Assembly (NCBI GenBank): GCA_903901055.1
Contig: CAIUPO010000103.1
Coordinates: 1,705 to 65,704 of the forward strand
DNA from: an uncultured Bacteroidota bacterium
Lineage (GTDB): Bacteria; Bacteroidota; Bacteroidia; JABEUT01
Direction: 5' to 3'
Length of the DNA stretch: 64,000 nucleotides
A program made the position numbers and the translations under genes. This document shows positions 58,648-64,000 of this stretch, in pieces; position 1 is the stretch's first letter, and every line of letters begins with the position of its first letter. The notes beneath the pieces were generated by a model. The model searched no databases and was not told the DNA's origin. It worked only from the letters and a program-made list of their open reading frames with translations.

Positions 58648-59553
58648 CTAATGGTGTAAGTTTTTACGTTTGATTATTCCACCCGAAGTTTCCCTTATTA
58701 TGCTTACGTAAACAAAGGCTTTCGGGTCGATGGAATGAATAACATTTTTTAATCTTCTAACTTCAAGGCGGGTAGCTATTGTGAAAATAATATCGCAATC
58801 ATAACTTTGATGAAAACTGTCGGGTAAGAACCCGCGCTCTCCTTTATAAACAGTAATACCCCTTCTCATTTCATTCACAAGTTTATGTTTTATTTCTTCA
58901 CTTTTACTTGAGATGATAGTAACGCCTGTATATGCCTCCCAACCCTCAATAACATAGTCGATGGTTCGGGTTGCGGTGAAATAGGTAAGCATGGAATAGA
59001 GCGAAGTTTCAATACCAAATTTGAAGGCAGCTATGGTAAATATGATAGCATTTATTCCCATGATTATTTCAGTGATAGTAAAACTGGTTTTTTTCCAAGT
59101 ATACAAAGCAAGGATTTCCATACCATCGAAAGCACATCCGGCCCGCATACAGAGCCCAATTCCAAGCCCAAGGAAGAAGCCTCCGAAAATAGCGATTAAC
59201 AGTTTATCATGTGAGATGATAGGGTAGTGAATGAATAACAGACAAACGGATAATAGGATTATACAAATCAGGCTTTTTACTGCAAACTTCAGGTTGATGG
59301 TATAAATACCAATAATAAGTAGTGGAATATTAGCAAGAATGATAACAGATGCAAGGTTAATGTGGTACAGGTCATGAATTAAAAGAGAAATACCTGTTAC
59401 CCCGCCATCGAAAAAGTCATTGGGAACAAGAAACCCTTCCAAGCCGAAACCAATAACAATAACCCCGATAATCATCATAACAAAATCCTCGAATTGAAAA
59501 GGAAAACTAATGGCCCTTTTTTTTCTGGATTGTGTTATAACGTGTTCCGTCAT
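58648..59553 (-). CDS. YitT-family membrane protein with C-terminal DUF2179 (PII-like) domain
   Basis: DGGVTGISLL, DGMEILA, RGITVYKGERG, IDPKAF; 4-bp overlap with the HD gene. Confidence 0.92.
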   Translation of the reverse strand: MTEHVITQSRKKRAISFPFQFEDFVMMIIGVIVIGFGLEGFLVPNDFFDGGVTGISLLIHDLYHINLASVIILANIPLLIIGIYTINLKFAVKSLICIILLSVCLLFIHYPIISHDKLLIAIFGGFFLGLGIGLCMRAGCAFDGMEILALYTWKKTSFTITEIIMGINAIIFTIAAFKFGIETSLYSMLTYFTATRTIDYVIEGWEAYTGVTIISSKSEEIKHKLVNEMRRGITVYKGERGFLPDSFHQSYDCDIIFTIATRLEVRRLKNVIHSIDPKAFVYVSIIRETSGGIIKRKNLHH

Positions 59554-60125
59554 AATGATTTTTTCAGCAATTCAAGATTTTCAATCTTTTTTTGCCCCCT
59601 GCTCCTTATTGCAGCATCGGTATAATAATTATGCGTTTCTAAAAATTTTACCTGGAGTTTATTCCAGTTAGTATCATCGGCAAGCCTGCCGAGTGAAAGG
59701 AGTTCTTGCCTTAGATCTTCAGCCCGGGGAAAGAAGCGGTCAGTTCCAAGATAATCCAGATCAGCATCTACAATTATTTTTTGAAGATGATCTTCAGGAG
59801 ACCAGGGCAGTCGGGTTGCCATAATTAATTTACAAACAACCTCTATTTGCCGGGGTGTGAATCCGTAATCAGGGAGGTATTTCATTACTATTTCGCACGA
59901 CATCATCTCATGCTCGGTATCGCTGAAAGTCCAACCGGAATCGTGGTAAAGGGCTGCTATTTGCAAAAGTGTAAGCTCCTCTTCTGTAATATTCTCTTCT
60001 TTACCCAAACGCGTGGCTGCTTCATATACTTCTTTAGTATGCGCCAGGTTGTGGTAAGTCAGTATATCTGGTAATTCATTTTCCAGTTTATGTAAAATGA
60101 ATTGGGATGCTCCTTCAAAATTCAT
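59550..60125 (-). CDS. HD-domain metal-dependent phosphohydrolase
   Basis: YHNLAHT, ALYHDSG, HE, DADLDYLG. Confidence 0.9.
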   Translation of the reverse strand: MNFEGASQFILHKLENELPDILTYHNLAHTKEVYEAATRLGKEENITEEELTLLQIAALYHDSGWTFSDTEHEMMSCEIVMKYLPDYGFTPRQIEVVCKLIMATRLPWSPEDHLQKIIVDADLDYLGTDRFFPRAEDLRQELLSLGRLADDTNWNKLQVKFLETHNYYTDAAIRSRGQKKIENLELLKKSL

Positions 60126-60158
60126 CGCGCAAAAATATATTTATTTTTATCATATAAG

Positions 60159-62258
60159 TTACGATTGAATCATATTTTCAACAAAGTACATGTCAATTTC
60201 TCCTTTATTCTTAGCTTGGACCTTACCCCGGTAGGTGCATTTGAACGTATCTTTAATGTATTCATAAGTGGCTCCGGATATATTTACTTTCCCCGCTTCC
60301 CCGCTAGATTCCATGCGGGAAGCAATATTTACTGTATCGCCCCAAATATCGTAAGCAAACTTTTTTATACCTACAATTCCTGCCACCACATGGCCGGTAT
60401 GCAAGCCTATTCGTATATCAAAAAAAGGTTTTTGGTCTTTTTGTCTTCTTGCCTTCTCTTCATCCATAAATGCAGCAATATCCATTGCTGCTCTCACTGT
60501 ATCTATTGGGTTGGTTGAATTAGCTACCGGCAATCCACCTGCTGCCATATAGCCATCTCCAATAGTTTTTATTTTTTCGACCCCGTATTTTGCCATAATC
60601 CGGTCGAATGCACTGTAGCAATAATGCATTTCGCTAACCAAATCTTCTGCACTCATCGTCTCGCTTGCCCGGGTAAAATTTTTAAAGTCAGTAAATAATA
60701 CGGTTACCATATCGAAACTTCGTGTTTTTGCCCCACCGGTTCTTTTTAGCTCTTCGGCCGTTTCAGCAGGTAGAATGTTTAAAAGTAAATCATCACTGTG
60801 TTTCTTTTCCCGTCGGATTTTATTTCGCTGAACAAATACAAATATCAGGAAGAAAACTACAATAGCAAAGCCACCTAAGGTATAATTCCGCAAACGCCTT
60901 TGATTGCGTATTTCATTCTCCTTAACGGCATCTTTTTTTACCTGGTCTGCTTTTATTGAATCTTGCCGTTTATCCGAAAGAAATGTCATTTCCATTTGAG
61001 TTAAAACTGAACTATGAGATAAAAGATAATTCGAGTCTTTCCAATGTTCAAACTTTACATGATAATCGTAGGCTGCAGCAAAATTCTTGAGTAAAGCATT
61101 TATTTCAGCCAAATTACTGTAAGCATCCTGAATGTCTTCCTTGCTATTCACATGCTGAGCCAGCAATAGCCCCTTATTTTCATAATTCAAAGCCTCCTGC
61201 AAACTGCCAGTTTGTTTATCAACTTCACCAAGCGATATGCATGTCTTCGCAATACCGGCAGTGTCTTTTAGTTCTTCAAATAAATTTAAGGCCTTTAGGT
61301 AATTAGTTGTTGCATCCGAAAGTTTATCCTGTTTTTTATAAACATCTCCAATACTTGCATTTTCCAATGCACTGCCACTTTTATCGCCAATTGCTTCCAT
61401 TTTTTTTAATGCTGTTTCGTGGAATATTAGCGCTTCGGAATAGTTGCCTTGTTTAAAATAAGTATTTGCAATATTCACATAGGCATACCGGTTTTGAAGT
61501 TTATCACTACCTGGTTCTTCGCTCATCTCAAGGGCCTTTCGATAATACAACATAGCATCGGAATAGATTTCCTGAACATAATAGATTTCGCCAATGCAAT
61601 TATATAACCATGGCATGCCATGTGCATCTTTAATTTCCTCTTTAATTTTTAATGATTTGAAATAGTATTTTAATGCTTCCGGGTAATCCTTCATAATTTC
61701 ATATCCGGCACCTAACCGACTATAGATATCACTGATGTCTTTTTTATCCCCTGCTTCTTCATAAAATGATAATGCTTTTTTCAGCACAACCATACGTTTA
61801 TCATTATTCCCTTGTTGCCTATATACCGATCCCATATTGCAATAGACATCTGCAACGCCAATTTTATCACCTATTTCTTGCCTTATGTCTGCTGCCTTTT
61901 GATAATATTCAAGTGCATTTTGATAATTATTCCTATGCAAACAAACGGTTCCCATTTCTTTACATCCATTTGCTATTCCTCTTTTATAGCCAATTTTTTC
62001 TGATAGTGTAAGGCACTTTTGGGCATATCGAATAGCTGAGTCATAATTAAAATCACGATAAGCTATTTCAATAGAATAATAGATATCGGCTTCTGCTGAA
62101 TCTGCCAATACAGTTGTTTTACTTCCTGATGTTTTTTTGTGGATCTCTAGTTTTTGTAATTTGTTTTCGAGAGAATCAACGAGACGGCGGTCCTGTGCCT
62201 TCAGAATGAAAAATGAAGAATGAAAAATGAAGAATAAAAAGACGAGAATTTTTCTCAA
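60159..62258 (-). CDS. Membrane-bound class III adenylate cyclase with periplasmic TPR sensor
   Basis: Signal peptide, multiple TPRs, one TM, LLLNILP, VLFTDFKNFT, KIKTIGDGY, YDIWGDTVNIASRMES (Lys/Asp = ATP specificity). Confidence 0.93.
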   Translation of the reverse strand: MRKILVFLFFIFHSSFFILKAQDRRLVDSLENKLQKLEIHKKTSGSKTTVLADSAEADIYYSIEIAYRDFNYDSAIRYAQKCLTLSEKIGYKRGIANGCKEMGTVCLHRNNYQNALEYYQKAADIRQEIGDKIGVADVYCNMGSVYRQQGNNDKRMVVLKKALSFYEEAGDKKDISDIYSRLGAGYEIMKDYPEALKYYFKSLKIKEEIKDAHGMPWLYNCIGEIYYVQEIYSDAMLYYRKALEMSEEPGSDKLQNRYAYVNIANTYFKQGNYSEALIFHETALKKMEAIGDKSGSALENASIGDVYKKQDKLSDATTNYLKALNLFEELKDTAGIAKTCISLGEVDKQTGSLQEALNYENKGLLLAQHVNSKEDIQDAYSNLAEINALLKNFAAAYDYHVKFEHWKDSNYLLSHSSVLTQMEMTFLSDKRQDSIKADQVKKDAVKENEIRNQRRLRNYTLGGFAIVVFFLIFVFVQRNKIRREKKHSDDLLLNILPAETAEELKRTGGAKTRSFDMVTVLFTDFKNFTRASETMSAEDLVSEMHYCYSAFDRIMAKYGVEKIKTIGDGYMAAGGLPVANSTNPIDTVRAAMDIAAFMDEEKARRQKDQKPFFDIRIGLHTGHVVAGIVGIKKFAYDIWGDTVNIASRMESSGEAGKVNISGATYEYIKDTFKCTYRGKVQAKNKGEIDMYFVENMIQS

Positions 62259-62382
62259 TGGGGTAAGCTAAATACAGGTTGTAAAAGTAAAAATAAGTAA
62301 TTATTTCAAATAATTGCCTTGATCAGTGAGTGCATGCATGTTAAAAAAATGTTGCCTTTCTTCAATCAGAGACTAATTTTTA

Positions 62383-62390
62383 TATATTTG
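62383..62390 (+). promoter_or_regulatory. Bacteroidota -7 promoter box for the micro-ORF
   Basis: TATATTTG (TAnnTTTG) 25 bp upstream of ATG 62416; no other plus-strand gene nearby. Confidence 0.7.
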
Positions 62391-62415
62391 TCCTAAATTA
62401 ATAAACTAAATTACA

Positions 62416-62472
62416 ATGAAAAAGTTTAAAAACTCTGCCCCTCCTCCTCTGGAACCACCGAAGAGAGGCTAA
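62416..62472 (+). CDS. 18-aa proline-rich micropeptide MKKFKNSAPPPLEPPKRG
   Basis: Not in the ORF track; A-rich leader AATAAACTAAATTACA-ATG, upstream -7 box and downstream terminator. Confidence 0.7.
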   Translation: MKKFKNSAPPPLEPPKRG

Positions 62473-62495
62473 CTGAATGTTAGGTCTTAAAGATT

Positions 62496-62528
62496 AAGCA
62501 GTGTCTCTCGTTAAGACATTGCTTTTTT
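62496..62528 (+). terminator. Intrinsic terminator after the micropeptide
   Basis: AAGCAGTGTCT-CTCGTTA-AGACATTGCTT plus T-run; abuts the oxygenase stop codon. Confidence 0.8.
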
Positions 62529-63159
62529 ATTTTTTCCCCTTTGCAGGCTTATTTTTCAGGATGGACTCCTTCAGTATCCATCCATTTATTGTAAACCTAC
62601 CATCCTTAAATTTTTTAGATGGACATGAAACCTTCAGCACTTCATGTGTATGTGTAGGGTTGAAAAAAACGATTGTATTATTAACCGGCTTAATTAAAAG
62701 GTCGCCCCCTTCAGGAAAAAGTAATTCACCCCCACTGAATTTTTTAACCGGTGAGTTAAAATAGTAAACAAATGTTATCATTCTTTCCTCGGTGGCTGGG
62801 GTGCTTTTATCTTTATGCAACTTAAAAAGTTCCCCATCATTATGGCTTGTAAGTTGATAATCGATATCATGGATTTTAAAGGGCTCTATTTTTAAGCATT
62901 GGCATATTTCGTTGAAATGTTTTTTGATGAATTTTTCAAGATGGGGCACAAAATCAATAAAATCCTTCTTGTACAATACTTGCGACTTTCTCCAGTCATG
63001 ATAAATTTCATAAGAAGAATAATTCGCGCCACCGGTAAATTTAAACAGTTTTTCTTTAGAAAGAATGTTCCTTAATAAAGCCTTGTTTGTTTCATTTTTT
63101 AGTACATCAGCATATTGAATAACAACTTTAATGTCTTTATTCTTTTTCCACATTCCCAT
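62527..63159 (-). CDS. 2OG-Fe(II) oxygenase, prolyl-4-hydroxylase-like
   Basis: QLTSHNDG..FKLHKD (HxD), FVYYF, FSGGEL, HEV (distal His), RFTINGW (2OG Arg); TATTTTTG box at 63175-63182 (minus) favours ATG 63159 over TTG 63177. Confidence 0.88.
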   Translation of the reverse strand: MGMWKKNKDIKVVIQYADVLKNETNKALLRNILSKEKLFKFTGGANYSSYEIYHDWRKSQVLYKKDFIDFVPHLEKFIKKHFNEICQCLKIEPFKIHDIDYQLTSHNDGELFKLHKDKSTPATEERMITFVYYFNSPVKKFSGGELLFPEGGDLLIKPVNNTIVFFNPTHTHEVLKVSCPSKKFKDGRFTINGWILKESILKNKPAKGKK

Positions 63160-63203
63160 ACTTACTTTTTTTGACAAAAATAATAAAAATGACTACCCGA
63201 GTT

Positions 63204-64000
63204 TTAAGCCGATATATTCGATGAAGTAGCTTTAAGAACATTTTTTAGAACAGCTTTTTCATTTTCCCAGCATAATATTTTTTTAGCATTTGCTTCATTC
63301 TCTTTCCATTCAAGCCACCTTGTTTTATCAGCGAGCATGTAATTTATTTTACTAGCTATTTCCACCGGGTTGTGAGATTCAATACAAATACCAACATTAT
63401 ATTCTTCAACTATTCTCTTCACTTCAACCAATGGTGAGGCTAAAACGGGTACTTCCGCCTGAATGTAATCAAAGAGTTTATTGGGCAAGCTGTAGCGGTA
63501 ATTAATATTGGTGTCTTTATCAATACTAAGGCCAATATCCGCGTGAATGGTGTATTGCATTAATTCTTCAAAAGGGAGTTTAGGAAGAAATTTTACTTTA
63601 TCATTCAGCTTTAATTCAGTTGATAATTGCTTCAGGCTATTTATTGCATCACCTCCTCCAATAATTAAAAGCAAGCAATTATCGAGGAGTGCCATAGCCT
63701 GTATTGCTTCTTCAACTCCCCGGTTTATATTAATCCCGGCCCCCTGTAAAAGTATAATGTTTTTATCTTCCGAAATTCCTATTGATTCCCGTGAAACCTT
63801 GATAGGTATTGCTTTTTGAAGTGGCAAATTTCTCATTACTTTAACATCGGTGCCAAACTCATCCTTATATAATTTGGCTATCGAATCATTTACGGTGAAC
63901 ATATATTTTAGCTTAGGAATAATCATTTTTTCAAGCCTTTTCCAAAGGTTTCTTTTGAAATGGTTTTCCATTAATTCAGGTACACCTGTGAAGTATTCAT
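63204..64000 (-). CDS. GT4-family glycosyltransferase (5' end outside the window)
   Basis: EYFTGVPEL, RGVEE, SLPNKLFDYIQAEVPV. Confidence 0.9.
   Translation of the reverse strand, partial: EYFTGVPELMENHFKRNLWKRLEKMIIPKLKYMFTVNDSIAKLYKDEFGTDVKVMRNLPLQKAIPIKVSRESIGISEDKNIILLQGAGININRGVEEAIQAMALLDNCLLLIIGGGDAINSLKQLSTELKLNDKVKFLPKLPFEELMQYTIHADIGLSIDKDTNINYRYSLPNKLFDYIQAEVPVLASPLVEVKRIVEEYNVGICIESHNPVEIASKINYMLADKTRWLEWKENEANAKKILCWENEKAVLKNVLKATSSNISA

Noticed and set aside
59550-62258. Pycsar anti-phage system
   Set aside because: The cyclase has purine (ATP)-specifying residues and a TPR/TM sensor architecture; the HD protein has no PycTM membrane effector domain and no TIR/cNMP-binding effector is present
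62416-62472. EF-P-sensing attenuator leader peptide (PPP motif)
   Set aside because: No same-strand gene lies downstream to regulate; the ORF is followed by a terminator and a convergent gene

Overview
A 64-kb chromosomal segment of a Bacteroidota genome, judged from TAnnTTTG -7 promoter boxes, AT-rich starts without Shine-Dalgarno sites, T9SS C-terminal domains and the atpBEFHAG layout. Housekeeping genes include yidC, a split pntA1-pntA2-pntB, dxs, atpBEFHAG, tilS, dsbD, pafA, peptidases and ABC transporters, interspersed with secreted proteins and lipoproteins. I saw no rRNA, tRNA, CRISPR array or intact mobile element. The top candidate for a new system is an 18-aa proline-rich micro-ORF missing from the ORF track (62416-62472, MKKFKNSAPPPLEPPKRG). 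It has its own promoter box and terminator, faces a prolyl-hydroxylase-type 2OG-Fe(II) oxygenase tail-to-tail, and is divergent from a TPR-sensor adenylate cyclase / HD hydrolase / YitT operon. Other notable items are two homologous ~400-bp non-coding elements with copy-specific 11-bp phased repeats (~14.0 and ~47.1 kb), a primary-type sigma-70 paralog lacking region 4, a protein made of two IS630-type HTH modules with no DDE domain, a sigma-54-driven kdp operon remnant with three micro membrane proteins, a soluble DUF2723-like half protein, and an orphan HEPN gene. All family assignments come from motif recognition by eye, not database searches.
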